Assembly: GCA_047495785.1 (NCBI GenBank)
Contig: JBLDXI010000017.1
Coordinates: 1,736,001 to 1,800,000 of the forward strand
Source: Lepidodermella squamata
Taxonomy: Eukaryota > Animalia > Gastrotricha
Reading direction: 5' to 3'
Length of the DNA stretch: 64,000 bases
The notes beneath the pieces were generated by a model, which ran no database searches, had not been told where the DNA came from, and saw only the letters and a program-made list of their open reading frames with translations. The number at the start of each line of letters is the position of its first letter. Position 1 is the stretch's first letter. This document shows positions 1 through 10,659 of this stretch, piece by piece. The position numbers and the translations under genes were made by a program.

Positions 1-729
1 GACCGTAAGATCGAAACTCCGCTGAGTAAGGTGGACGTAGACGTCATCTTTCGTCCAAACTGGTGGTTCAAAAGAATTAAGCTGGCCGCGGTAAACACAT
101 ACGATTTGACCATTTATCGGGTTCCGCGTTAGACTAGTCAAATGCTGACCGGGGGTGCAGCTGTCCCCAGGGCCAAATTCTACCTGGTACGTAGATTCAA
201 TCGTGCCAGTCGGGTTGAAAATCTACGAAAAAAACAAGTATTTCGGGGCTATAACGATGAAAAAATCGCTTACATGAATTCGATGTGTGTTCCAAACTGC
301 GAGTTGGTTGCGTTCTGGCATAGCTACGACGTGATTAGGCTTCTTCAGCATAGTTCCCATGCGATCGACGCCTTGAAACGTAGCCACGACCTGCATTTCA
401 TCGTAGTTAATTTTAGCATCGCCCGGCTCACATCGCCGCCTTTTCCGTGTCTTCTCGTCCGCCGTATTGCCATTCGTTGGACTTGCCAGCGTTATCTCAC
501 CGATTGGTAACTTCAGCAGATTGCTAACAGTTAGTTCAAAAGTGACGTTTTCTTTGAAACGGGCGGTAACTAAGGCCTCGAGCGGCGCCGAGTTGGCCAA
601 TTTTCGGAATTCGGTAATCATTCGAGTTTGTTCGATCTGAAGATGAGCTACCATTTTGTGAACGATAGCCGCCGTTTTCAGCTCCAGCCGGCGCTCCATC
701 ATTTGAACAAACGTTTCAGGGTCCATCAT
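1..729 (-). CDS. N20: coiled-coil + NHL-like propeller family member, 3' part runs off the window
   Basis: ATG at 729 (MMDPETF); helical domain with LLKLPIGEI; KTRKRRR linker then YDEMQVVATF; GTAAGC donor near 272; next exon reads IFNPTGTIESTY...RNPINGQIVCV to the edge. Confidence 0.75.
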
Positions 730-1374
730 TTTTGGGGTTGAAAATGCGGGCAATTAATTTAATTTGATTATTTATTCTACAATGAAAGCAGCAGTGATTT
801 GCGTCCGGAAGAAGTCAAGTCTAGCTACGCTATATTAAAATGAGCTATTTAAGCAACACGCAGCGGATATGGCCCATTTACGCACCTTGTATGGGCTAAG
901 AAACTTTGAAGCGGCTTGTTTTATTATTTATAGCTCACAACGCGCATACACTTCGCGCGTAAAACAAGGAAAAGACAACAATTTTCATAAAATATTTAAC
1001 TAAATGGTCGCTCGTAATGAGACACCGATCTTATTGCTAGCCAGGGCGCATTTTAAACAGTATTGATTGTACATATTTTCTCCAACGTTTTGTGTATATT
1101 CACGGACACTTCACGCCCGGTGTTTGTGTGTTTACCTTGCAATATCTGTCGTAGAAACAAGTAGCCATATATCCGGTTGTGTGTTAATTTTATGCAATGG
1201 TAAGATTGTTTCCGCTTCATTCTTGTTTACAGTGGCCGTCTTACTTCAGGCATAGGAATTTCATGCAAGTATACGCCAAAATCATTTGTGTGCTGGATTT
1301 CAATTAATCGAATACATCAATAACAAAAATTGACCCAACAAATTTCAAGATTTATTCATCAATTTAACGCAAAA

Positions 1375-1656
1375 TCAGTCCAGTTTATTGTTATCAGATG
1401 CTGCAGGCTCTTCAGATGATGCCGAAGGGTCCCGTTGAATACGCAGCTGGCCGAATGGTGTTTTCAGCAGCCGATCGAGAAGTGCATTGAAAACTGGATT
1501 TTCCCTGAAATGAATATTCGGGTCATTACTGGACGTAATTAGGCTGCTAGCTTCGGCAATTAGTTTTCCTCGCTTCGCCAACAACTCCTCGATTGCGTGT
1601 GTAATTTTCTCAGAAAGGTCAGCTTCGATTTTGCCAAACTCACTCGAGTCATCCAT
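1375..1656 (-). CDS. Mini-gene encoding only the family's N-terminal helical domain
   Basis: MDDSSEFGKIEADL...RGKLI...NPVFNALLDRLLKTPFGQL matches the family motif ER.RL...N..F...L..LL.TP.G; stops before any propeller; TTTAG acceptor upstream. Confidence 0.65.
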   Translation of the reverse strand: MDDSSEFGKIEADLSEKITHAIEELLAKRGKLIAEASSLITSSNDPNIHFRENPVFNALLDRLLKTPFGQLRIQRDPSASSEEPAASDNNKLD

Positions 1657-1705
1657 TTCAAATTTTATCAAATATTTCGCTAAATTATTCGGGTATAAAC
1701 ATTAT

Positions 1706-1951
1706 TTATTTTTCTTGACGTTTATTTTTCTTGTGTTTTTTCGGCGATTTTTTATTTTCTGACACCGAAATTATTTGCGTTTCCAGGAGTTGAGATAGGA
1801 TTTCATCAAACTCTTTGTTTCTCTCGAATTCCATCACCGACCCGTTTTTCACGCCTTTGTCAATATTTTCAATCAATCTGTCGCGTTCTTTGTCTAGAGC
1901 TGAAGTTAAACGCTCTAACAAATCAGCCAATACCCTGTCAACATTCGACAT
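1706..1951 (-). CDS. Second helical-domain-only mini-gene with basic tail
   Basis: MSNVDRVLADLLERL...ERDRLI...RNKEFDEILSQLLETQI then KKSPKKHKKNKR; TTTTTTAG acceptor about 16 nt upstream of the ATG. Confidence 0.65.
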   Translation of the reverse strand: MSNVDRVLADLLERLTSALDKERDRLIENIDKGVKNGSVMEFERNKEFDEILSQLLETQIISVSENKKSPKKHKKNKRQEK

Positions 1952-2003
1952 TGGACATGAAAATTATCTAAAAAATTGGTAAAAATTTGATTTGTTTATT
2001 TAT

Positions 2004-3080
2004 TCAAGTTTCAGCATTTTTATTTTCGTACGAGGCTAAGGGATCATAATCGTCGATCGAGGCTTCGTCGAGACTCAAAATAATGTAATTGTCGTTGGCT
2101 GCTAAATTTCCATTCGGACTTGGTAGCAGATTCTTGATAACGAAAGCATCGATAATTTTGTCGAAAGGCACTTCCTGAGTTTGGGTGTACAGCAATTGAA
2201 TGTTCAACGGCTTGCTGATGCGGCCCTCAGCATACGACGGCTTCTGATTCTCCGGGCTTATAGGGGCGAGCTTTTCTATTCTTTTCGGTGGATCAATGAC
2301 AGAAAACGCTCTAAACAACAATAAGGTGATACCCATGGAAACAACTGCCACTGCAAAGCCGTATAAAATATTTGATAGAACTGATTTGATAGTCTGGCAG
2401 CAAGGTTTGCCAGTCGCGCAGCAACCTGCTTGGGCACCCGGAGCAGCCGCGGGATCTGCTGCTGGGGCCAGGTTCGTTTGCGAGCCACTATTCGTCTCCG
2501 GCGCAGCGGCCAGAACACCAGCGGTTTTTTGCAAATCATCAAACGTTGGTATCGTCTGAGGAAGGCCAGTAGGAGATTTAGCCTCGCCAGTAGGTGACGT
2601 AGCCACACTAGTTGGAGACGTAGATACACTTTCCGCGGCCTGTTTCACTTCATCCATAGATATGAAGACGCCGCCGGTTGTTGCGCCCGCCTGCTTCTCA
2701 GGCCCTGGTAGATGTAGCGGAGGAGGTAAAACGGGCGCCGATGGCTCGTAGTCGGGATTAGTCGCAGGTGGTGCCGGCTCCGGCTCAGCCATTTTCCCGC
2801 TGTCCGGGTTAAGCCCAGGGTCATTAGTACGGTCTTTAATAGACGCGTGAAACTTATGTTTCGGGTCCGGTAGATTGGCGACTTTTTGCTTTGCTCCTTT
2901 CGGCAATGGCAGTACATTTATGGCGTTAACGAAACCTTTTTGTATCTTTTCCTTAAAATTATCCGCTTTCGCATGAGTTATATTCAATTTCGATACCGAT
3001 GTGACAGGTAGAAAAGTCTGGCCGAGTAAGGCAAGAGACCACAAAAGACTCCAGAGTTTCAATCGACGGCGATCGCCCAT
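2004..3080 (-). CDS. Type I membrane protein, paralog A (signal peptide, P/T/A-rich ectodomain, TM, conserved cytoplasmic tail)
   Basis: 358-aa intronless ORF; RRRLKLWSLLWSLALLG signal; TM ILYGFAVAVVSMGITLLLF; tail strongly similar to 4470..5366. Confidence 0.85.
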   Translation of the reverse strand: MGDRRRLKLWSLLWSLALLGQTFLPVTSVSKLNITHAKADNFKEKIQKGFVNAINVLPLPKGAKQKVANLPDPKHKFHASIKDRTNDPGLNPDSGKMAEPEPAPPATNPDYEPSAPVLPPPLHLPGPEKQAGATTGGVFISMDEVKQAAESVSTSPTSVATSPTGEAKSPTGLPQTIPTFDDLQKTAGVLAAAPETNSGSQTNLAPAADPAAAPGAQAGCCATGKPCCQTIKSVLSNILYGFAVAVVSMGITLLLFRAFSVIDPPKRIEKLAPISPENQKPSYAEGRISKPLNIQLLYTQTQEVPFDKIIDAFVIKNLLPSPNGNLAANDNYIILSLDEASIDDYDPLASYENKNAET

Positions 3081-4469
3081 TCATGAAAACCGTGAAGAAT
3101 AATGGCGTAAAATTATCATTTAGGCTTTAGGCGCAGAATTTTAAGACGGATTTTTTTGAAAAAAGTATCCCGTTAAAAATCAATTTTTTCAATTTTCATG
3201 TAATTAATTCAAATTCAAATTCTTTTGAACTGAAAAACGACGATGATTTACCAATTCATTAGTCCAAAAAATAAATAAAAACATAGGCCAAAAATGATGC
3301 GTATTGTCGCCGTAAAAAGGTGGCAAGAGAAGGTCATTCATTGGAACCATAGGATTTTTCCCCGGAAATGGGAAAACTTTCGAGAAGTTTCATTTTTCGT
3401 ATTTTGACGTTCAGATTTCAGATAATGTCGTAAAGTGTTGAAAATAATTCAATAGGTCCAATCCAAGTTCATTTCATCGAATTCATTTCATATGTCCTCG
3501 CAATAAGAAAACTTGCACGATAGAATACTCACCTAAATTCGCATTATTTCCTCGGTAACGCAAATTTGGGTGACTTTGCCATACTGTATACGGCAAATAA
3601 TTTTCGTTGTGACTCAAATTTAGCCATTGGCATTTTGATCGGTGGCAGGTGGCAGTCACCGCTGATCAAGTTCCTTCATCCACTTAGCAAAAAAATATGT
3701 GCCGATGTGGCCGTAGTCATCGGATTCGGCCTAATTTTATTTGGGTTTTTTTTTACTCTTGATCATGCTTTCAACTCTTAAAAACGTTCTAGCTTCTGAT
3801 ACCAATCAACTACAAGATGGTAATCTTTGTCTTGAAAAGGGTTTCAGATTTCAGACATGTTATATAACTATACCCATTAAAATGAACCGGAAAGCATTTT
3901 CACTAGAAAATCGGTGTTTAAATTTTCGTGATTTCTGGAAAAAAACAGCGAAATTTGAGCTACAACGAAAATCAAGTCACAAGGAAAAATCAGCCGTACT
4001 TGTACAGTATTAAAAATGGAAGGGTAAGATAGATAAAGACCCCATGAGTGGGGTACCGTTGGATAGCCCAGGAAAAGGCCAGTCTTGATGTGTCCTATGC
4101 AAATCGATTCATTTCAATTCAAATTCAATTCGATTTCATGAAAACATTCGAAAAGCGACTTTTTGCTCACCCTAAAATTAGGTTCCGCAGCATGGTTCTG
4201 CTAGAGTCAAATTAGGTTCCACTAAAAGATATTCAGCTGGAAAATTCCAAAATTTGGTTCCGGTAAGAAGACCAATTCGATGAAATGACCTTGGCGTGGT
4301 TCGAATGGACTATTTTCACTAGGTACTTTTCATATGTGGACCTAAAATAACAGCAAATGAAACCTCACCGAAGTTATCAGAATCGCAGATGACCTTGTGA
4401 AATCGATGACATTTTTAGGCACATCAATGATAAGATGATTCATCACTTCCTAATTTTGATCATCACTTT

Positions 4470-5366
4470 TTACTTCAAACAAGAACATATGGGGTCGTAA
4501 TCATCAACCACCACGGATTCCTGGCTCAGGCGAATGTACACATCTTTTCTGGCTAAATCCGGGTCAGGACACGGTAGCAAATTCTTGACAACAAAGCTAT
4601 CGACAATTTCGTCGAACCGCACTTCCTTAGTTTTGCCGTAATTCACTTGAATGTTCAACGGCTTGTTGATGCGACCCTCGGCATACGACGGCTTCTGGTT
4701 CTCCGGGCGAACAGGGGCGAGCTTTTCCAGTCTTCTCGCCGGATCAGTGAGGAGGAAAAAATGGCTAAATAGTCCCATGGCTCCAACGAGGACAAACATG
4801 ACGGCAAAACTGACCAAAAAATTGCCCACAACTACCCAAGCTTTCCGGATTTTACTTGCCTCCTCCATGAGCGGCGGAGGCGTGGTTGTATCCACCTTAG
4901 TCTCTTTTGCATGAGCCTGAAGGGCCTTAGCATGAAGCTCCAAAGCTTTTATTGATGGCACCTCATTCGCAGCCTGCATAACCTCGTCAATGTCTATAGT
5001 CGGTGTTTTGCGTTTAGTGAACGCTTTTTTCACTTTAGACGGCAGCGACACAATAAAATTCTTCAGTTTCTTCATTGTTTTTGTTTTTCCACTTTTTCCT
5101 TTCTTCACTTGGTCCACTTTGCTTGCTTCGGTAGCTTCGTTAGCTACGTTAGCTTTGTTTTCATCTTTTTCTTCTTCTTCTTCTATTTTAGTGTCATCTA
5201 TTGTTGGCAATGCGAGTGGTGGTGCAACAGGTGGTGCGGCGGGAGGTGCAGCAGGTGGTGCGATGGGTGGTTCGACGGGTGATGTGACAGGTAGAAAAAA
5301 CTCACCCAGTAAGGCAAGAGACCACAGAAGACTCCAAAGTTTCAAGCGGCGATGCTTCTTGCTCAT
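4470..5366 (-). CDS. Type I membrane protein, paralog B
   Basis: 298-aa ORF; same signal peptide; APP repeats, acidic and basic patches; TM; tail EKLAP..PENQKPSYAEGRI.KPLNIQ shared with paralog A. Confidence 0.85.
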   Translation of the reverse strand: MSKKHRRLKLWSLLWSLALLGEFFLPVTSPVEPPIAPPAAPPAAPPVAPPLALPTIDDTKIEEEEEKDENKANVANEATEASKVDQVKKGKSGKTKTMKKLKNFIVSLPSKVKKAFTKRKTPTIDIDEVMQAANEVPSIKALELHAKALQAHAKETKVDTTTPPPLMEEASKIRKAWVVVGNFLVSFAVMFVLVGAMGLFSHFFLLTDPARRLEKLAPVRPENQKPSYAEGRINKPLNIQVNYGKTKEVRFDEIVDSFVVKNLLPCPDPDLARKDVYIRLSQESVVVDDYDPICSCLK

Positions 5367-5941
5367 TGGCGATGAATTGCAGCGAACGGAAAAATCTCAT
5401 CGTTTTCTCACCATTTTAAGAAGGATTTTTCATTTTTCAATAGGAGCCTATCATCTGGAACAGGCTAAGTAAAATAAAAGACAAAAACAAACTTTGTAAC
5501 TAAGAGCATTTCAAATGACGTTTCGATTAAATGACGGATAAAGAGGAGGATTCTAAACATAAAGCATAAAAATCTTCATTTGTGTCCTGCCAAATAGATA
5601 CAAATTCCAACCAATTTCTTCTTCTTCACAAAATAATTAGCTAAATTTTCGAATTTCACACCTCTCGGAGGCTCCCACTGGAAATTCCTGTGTCCTTGAA
5701 AAATGCATGAAAAGTGTTAGGTTCATGTGATGGAGACACTAGCTTGATTCCACATGGACAAAATCTTGTTTGTCAATTTTTTTTTGTCGATTTTAAACAT
5801 GAAATCGCGAGACGTTAATATTTTGGGAACATGAAGCGGCAGAGAAATAGAGGACTAATGAGGGAGGAAATGGAGAAAAATAGAAAAAGGACAGCGTCTT
5901 CAACGGGTATCATGTATTTTTTCTTTTTTTCTCGTTTTAAA

Positions 5942-6031
5942 GAGCGCAGCTTTCGCTTTAGCGCCCTGAGACCAACATCAGGTGATGGTAAGGATACATA
6001 CCTTAGACACAAATCAAATTCGCAGATGGTT
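5942..6031 (-). ncRNA. Candidate spliced-leader (SL) RNA, copy A
   Basis: AACCATCTGCGAATTTGATTTGTGTCTAAG|GTATGT; hairpins TAAGG/CCTTA, CATC/GATG and GGGCGC..AGC-GAAA-GCT.GCGCTC; 90 nt conserved across 6 copies with divergent flanks. Confidence 0.7.
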
Positions 6032-6630
6032 AAATTTCACCTCGACCAAATTTTCAACCGCCCGCTAAAAGCTTATATCAATTAGCATATCGCATAGTTC
6101 TGAATTCTGTTGGAAATAAAATAGTAGCAATAAAATGGTGCAATGGTGGGGATAACGCATTCTAATATTCAAGACTGCTACTCGAATAAGAGTCAAACTC
6201 CCCCTCGATTCGTACCAATGCAAGAAGAAAGGCGAATTACCCTCAACATCCAAATGGCATTCATCGAGATGAATATTTCCAAAAATGATTCTGTAATTTC
6301 TCAATTACACAGTAGCTTTGGATTGAGAATAACTCAATACTTATTTTGAGAGTAACCAGTCGAGAGGTGTTGAGGAAATCTGTAGACAAAGGAGCGCTTT
6401 TTCTCAGAGTAACCCGGTTGAGGCATGACAAGTCCTCTAGCTGGAACCGGTCCCACTGTACTGTAATTACCGAACTTCAGTTCATTCATTTTGAATAAAG
6501 TAGTTCGGCAACAAAGCTCGAGAAACTGCAACAAAAAAAGAACAGATGACAGACAATCCGGCATGCAACGACCGAAGACGCGACGCAGATAAAATCTCAC
6601 TCTTATCTTATTATTGTTTTGGGTTTTAAA

Positions 6631-6720
6631 GAGCGCAGCTTTCGCTATAGCGCCCTGAGACCAGCATCGGTGATGGTAAGGATACATACCTTAGACACAA
6701 ATCAAATTTCGCAGATGGTT
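6631..6720 (-). ncRNA. Candidate SL RNA, copy B (variant, 31-nt leader)
   Basis: Same RNA with a 1-nt insertion in the leader, a 1-nt deletion in the stem-2 loop and 2 substitutions; upstream motif degenerate. Confidence 0.6.
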
Positions 6721-6910
6721 CATCTAAACTCCGAAAAAATTTAAACTCCAAGCAAAAGCATTCCTACAGCCACGTCAAGTTCCAGGTCATTGTTAAGCCT
6801 GTTCTTAGAATGTAAACTAGGATTATCGACCGATGTAACTAATAAATGCAGTCGACTTCCACATCATTTAAAAAATATCGATTTCACTAATTTCAATAAT
6901 AAATTATCTT

Positions 6911-7050
6911 CGAATGTTCTGTTCAACTTACTTCAATAGCGCCAGCTAACGAATCTGAACTGAGCATGAGACCATTTTCAGGGTCGAATTGAATGCCGCG
7001 AAGACCATGAAATCCACCAATAGCTAATTCAACCATAGCAACGTCGAGCG
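6911..7050 (-). pseudogene. Orphan fragment of N18 exon 2 (3' end plus donor)
   Basis: ELAIGGFHGLRGIQFDPENGLMLSSDSLAGAIE is identical to the end of ORF 14181..14813, without the rest of the exon. Confidence 0.85.
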
Positions 7051-7414
7051 ATGGAGACACTAGCTTGATTCCACCAAAATTTTTAATATCCAACGAGATT
7101 CCTAACCTCAAGTGTGGAAATAAAAGTAGAATTTATTGCGCGAGGAATTTTTAATTGATGCAATAAAAACTCAATTTGTAGGCACTTTTTCACTCGTGAA
7201 CTTTGATGCGAGATGACTACCAACCTCTTTTTGATATCGTTCGACTCCTCGTTAATTCCTCCGAATGTTTAAAAATTCTTTTATTGACAACGAAATTCAT
7301 TCAAGGAAGTATTTTTCCAAATTAATTTATGAAGAGAATAGATTTCGGTAAACTGCAACAGTGAGGTTACAATCACTCGAAAGATTTCGGTCTTCTTTCG
7401 GTAGTTACCACATT

Positions 7415-8732
7415 TCAAGACGAGTCTACATCGACGGGGCTCGCCAAAAATACGACTTGCCGATTTAAGAACTCTGGCAAAGCTATGACGCCGAAGCTAG
7501 TAACACCAGATGCTTCAAATGTGATGAGATCACCGCCTTTAGGAGCCATAGCCACCGCTATTCCATCGGGACGAAAGTTGTCCGGCCCTTGGTAAGCATT
7601 TTCCTTCCGACCATTCGAACTCAACACCTTATCAAAAATAATACGATATAATTAAATAAAATTATAAAACGCAACAAATAATAATAAATCTGAACCGTGA
7701 TTTGATTTTTCAGGGACTTTGTAGCGACCAAGAATTTGCCATCTTCATCTACTGTGCAGCCACTAATGTTACAAAACAATCTGTCGAAGGTTAACAGCTC
7801 ATCCGTGAAAAGTTGGCCATTAGACTGATTAATTGGAATTGTGCCAATTTGACTGCGAATATTACAGCCGAAATACAACCGGCCGTCGGGGTGAACTCCA
7901 TAGACCGTAGCAGAATTAGCCAATTTTGACGGTATCTTTGAAGATCGAACGCTATCCCAGTTCCATAGAGATGTGCCAACAATAGAAGCGTCTTCAATCG
8001 TGAATAATTGGTCGGTTTTAGCGCAACAAGCTATGCCTCGCTGGGCTACTCTGGACGGTAAAGTTCGAATGGTTGAAAATTTGACGGCGCCTTCGCCAGA
8101 TTTCACAGGTTGATCGAGTTGACCGATTTGGCCATTTATAGTGAATAACAAGCGGTTGTTGCACGGGTTAACGGCGACATTGATAGGGGTATCAGCTATA
8201 CGTCTAGGGACATTCAAGATGCCCGAGCAACTACTCCGAGACACTAATTTGCCGTTGTAGGAAAAAAGCTGGAAATCAGATAAATTCGTACCAGTAATAT
8301 TGGAATTCAGAAATTTACACTTATGTTGTAACCATGACTTATTGCAAATTTCCCATCAAATAGCGCCACTGCAGTTGGCTTGAATTTAAAACCGTCACTG
8401 CTCTTGAAAGTAGCCGCAATTTGAAGGTCCGAATAGTCGATTTTACCATCCCCTGGTCTTTTCCGCTTCCTCGTTTTGTCATCGGGTGCAGCCTCAAGGT
8501 TCGCCATTTCTGATGACTTTTTACCCGTCACAACATTTCCAATATCGGCATAGATGAGCCGGGATAGCAGATTGATGAAAATAGGATTGACATTGAATGT
8601 AACCTGAAACTTCGCTTTCGTCAACATGGCGTGAACTTCTTGGAGTCTGCTAATTTCGGATGTTCTCATTTTCATCAGAGACTCAATCACATCGGCAATT
8701 TTATCGTCCAAATCATTCGTAAATGATTCCAT
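7415..8732 (-). CDS. N19: coiled-coil + NHL-like protein (3 exons)
   Basis: ORFs 8307-8732, 7621-8244 and 7415-7627 joined by two phase-0 GT-AG introns; KTRKRKR linker; ISGCTVDEDGKFLVA and FRPDGIAV NHL-like blades. Confidence 0.85.
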
Positions 8733-9057
8733 CGTAAATTAATAGAGCTAAAAATCAATAAGATCCGCAATTAAATTCACTTCAGAAATTCAAAAACAAA
8801 TATGAATCAAGATTGCCGTAACGAGGATAAATTTCAACAAAAACCCTGTTTTTCGATTTACAAATCAATGAGAAGTTCTAAAATTCCGAAAACGTGAGCA
8901 AGGTGATTCCCCCGATTTTCTGGCTAATCTTAGGAAATTTTCTATTTTTACATGATTTTTGAAATTTAAAATACCTATGATATTAGAGAAGCGTCCGACT
9001 ATACCAGGTCAGAATTCACCCTGGATACGGTAATGCAATATTTGTTCGTTGATTTTA

Positions 9058-9216
9058 CGGGTGAGGCGCGAACGCCGGTACCCAAGTGAAATATTTTGCA
9101 CCCGACTCCGCCGATGAGGCAAAGCGCAGGGGTCAGCGCGCCGCAGTGCAATGGCACGCCTCGCCCTGGGGCGACCGACTTGTTGATCTCGGTACATCCC
9201 AGTGCCAGGTAAGTTT
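9058..9216 (-). ncRNA. U1: U1 snRNA, copy 1
   Basis: 5' AAACTTACCTGG; loop I GATCAACAAG; loop II ATTGCAC; GCAC/GTGC closing helix; terminal GCG-TTCG-CGC stem-loop. Confidence 0.95.
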
Positions 9217-9280
9217 AGTGGCAATAGGTTTCAGCTTAAATCCGCTTTCATCACTGATTCGCTTCTGAATATTCGACTTA

Positions 9281-9288
9281 ATTTGCAT
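9281..9288 (-). promoter_or_regulatory. Octamer ATGCAAAT at -72..-65 of U1, in the same position in all four cassettes
   Basis: atttgcat on the + strand inside the tRNA-U1 spacer of every copy; the octamer is a known snRNA enhancer element. Confidence 0.6.
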
Positions 9289-9334
9289 AAAATCAAGTAG
9301 GGAGAATGAAAATTGAATGAAAAAATGCGACGTT

Positions 9335-9406
9335 TAGCAGAGCGTAGTTTCGATCTACAGACCTCTGGGTTATGGGCCCAGCGCGCTTCCACTGCGCCAC
9401 TCTGCT
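9335..9406 (-). tRNA. tRNA-iMet: Initiator tRNA-Met (CAT), cassette 1
   Basis: AGCAGAGTGGCGCAGTGGAAGCGCGCTGGGCCCATAACCCAGAGGTCTGTAGATCGAAACTACGCTCTGCTA: A1-T72 pair, GGG/CCC anticodon stem, ATCGAAA T-loop, T6 terminator downstream. Confidence 0.98.
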
Positions 9407-9558
9407 TGTCTGAGTGCTAAGATCGTAATAGCTAATCAAACTTCAGATTCGTTCGTTTTTGCGAGAAATTCTCTAAATAAATCAGCGGCAATAAACGGCC
9501 GTGAAAAAAATTCAGCTGATTCAGATGTGATAACCACTACACCATAATAAATATAATC

Positions 9559-10140
9559 ATTGACCGAAAATAAGTGAAAAGTGGGGTTTGGCGAATTTTC
9601 TGTATATTCCAGCAAATCGCAAGAAGTGTGTTCACTTGAAGAAAGACGATTCTTGGATTCCAAGATGTTCTTACACAGTTTTTCTTGAGGATTTTAAATT
9701 TTTTAATTTCAGATCCCTAGGATGCTCCCATCCTCCTTAAAACGCGGAAAACCCCAGAGTTGCTCTGAAATGTGTTACTGATTCAGGCCTTTGTAGAGAC
9801 TCTAGCATGATCCCAGTAAAATTTTTGAACATTTACTTAGATTCCTCAGATTGCCCCGGAAAATCTTGACTGCGCACAAGAAAAATGGCATCAGAATATA
9901 TTGCGCGGCTAATTATTAATTGATGCAATAAAAAACTACATTTTTTAAGCTCGCATCATTTTTTAGAATTAGCATTTTTTCGCTCGTAAACTTTGAAGCC
10001 CATTTTCTCAGCAACCCTGATGAATATCAACCCCTTTTTATACCATTCGACTCCTCGTTAATAGACCTTGAAAGTGACACGAAAATCTCACAATGTCAAA
10101 AATTTCGCCAAACCCCACTTTTCACTTATTTTCGGTCAAT
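9559..10140. mobile_element. MITE-like element with a 37-bp perfect inverted repeat
   Basis: ATTGACCGAAAATAAGTGAAAAGTGGGGTTTGGCGAA at 9559-9595 and its reverse complement at 10104-10140; no clear TSD. Confidence 0.55.
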
Positions 10141-10289
10141 TATTTCGTTGGAATTTAAATAATAATTGTTGGAGATTGAAAAATAAAATATTTATTCAAA
10201 GCTACGTTTAATTTTTTTGCGTTTACGTATGATTGCATCGAGGCGCAAGCTTCTCACATATTCATGCGTTTTTCGGCGCCAGTTTAAGA

Positions 10290-10495
10290 CTTTTCAGCAG
10301 AGAACCCAAGGGGTGATACGGCGATCCTGGATAATATCTTGAACGTTCCGGCCTTTCGTTTCAGGAAACTTGAATGTGAATAGGACCAATCAGCAACACT
10401 GATGATCAAAAACGGGAGGAAATGTTTAGCTCCTCTAAGCGGAATGTGGAATTTCCAGTAAACAAAGTATCCGAGTCTCGCGTTTTCCAATTTAA
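10290..10495 (-). pseudogene. Frameshifted fragment of an MFS sugar-porter (GLUT/SLC2A-like) C-terminus
   Basis: HFLPFLIISV in one frame, then LVLFTFKFPETKGRNVQDII in another; PETKG is the sugar-porter post-TM12 motif. Confidence 0.5.
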
Positions 10496-10659
10496 CCTAA
10501 AAACATTATGAGTAAATGGATATTTATTCAAATTTTAGTGATAATCATAATTTTATGAACAATTTCTGAATTAATTTCTCTTCATTCCAGGTCATCAATT
10601 ATATTGAGTTTCAAACGACTGCTGGTAAAAAAACGTCAGGTGGAGGAATTTCTGCTGTA

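Larger units (their letters stand above)
5729..7074. repeat. Duplicated block (partial copy of ~13691-14310) bounded by a 25-bp direct repeat
   Basis: GATGGAGACACTAGCTTGATTCCAC at 5729-5753 and 7050-7074; 5797-6287 resembles 13691-14163; 6911-7050 resembles 14170-14310. Confidence 0.8.
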
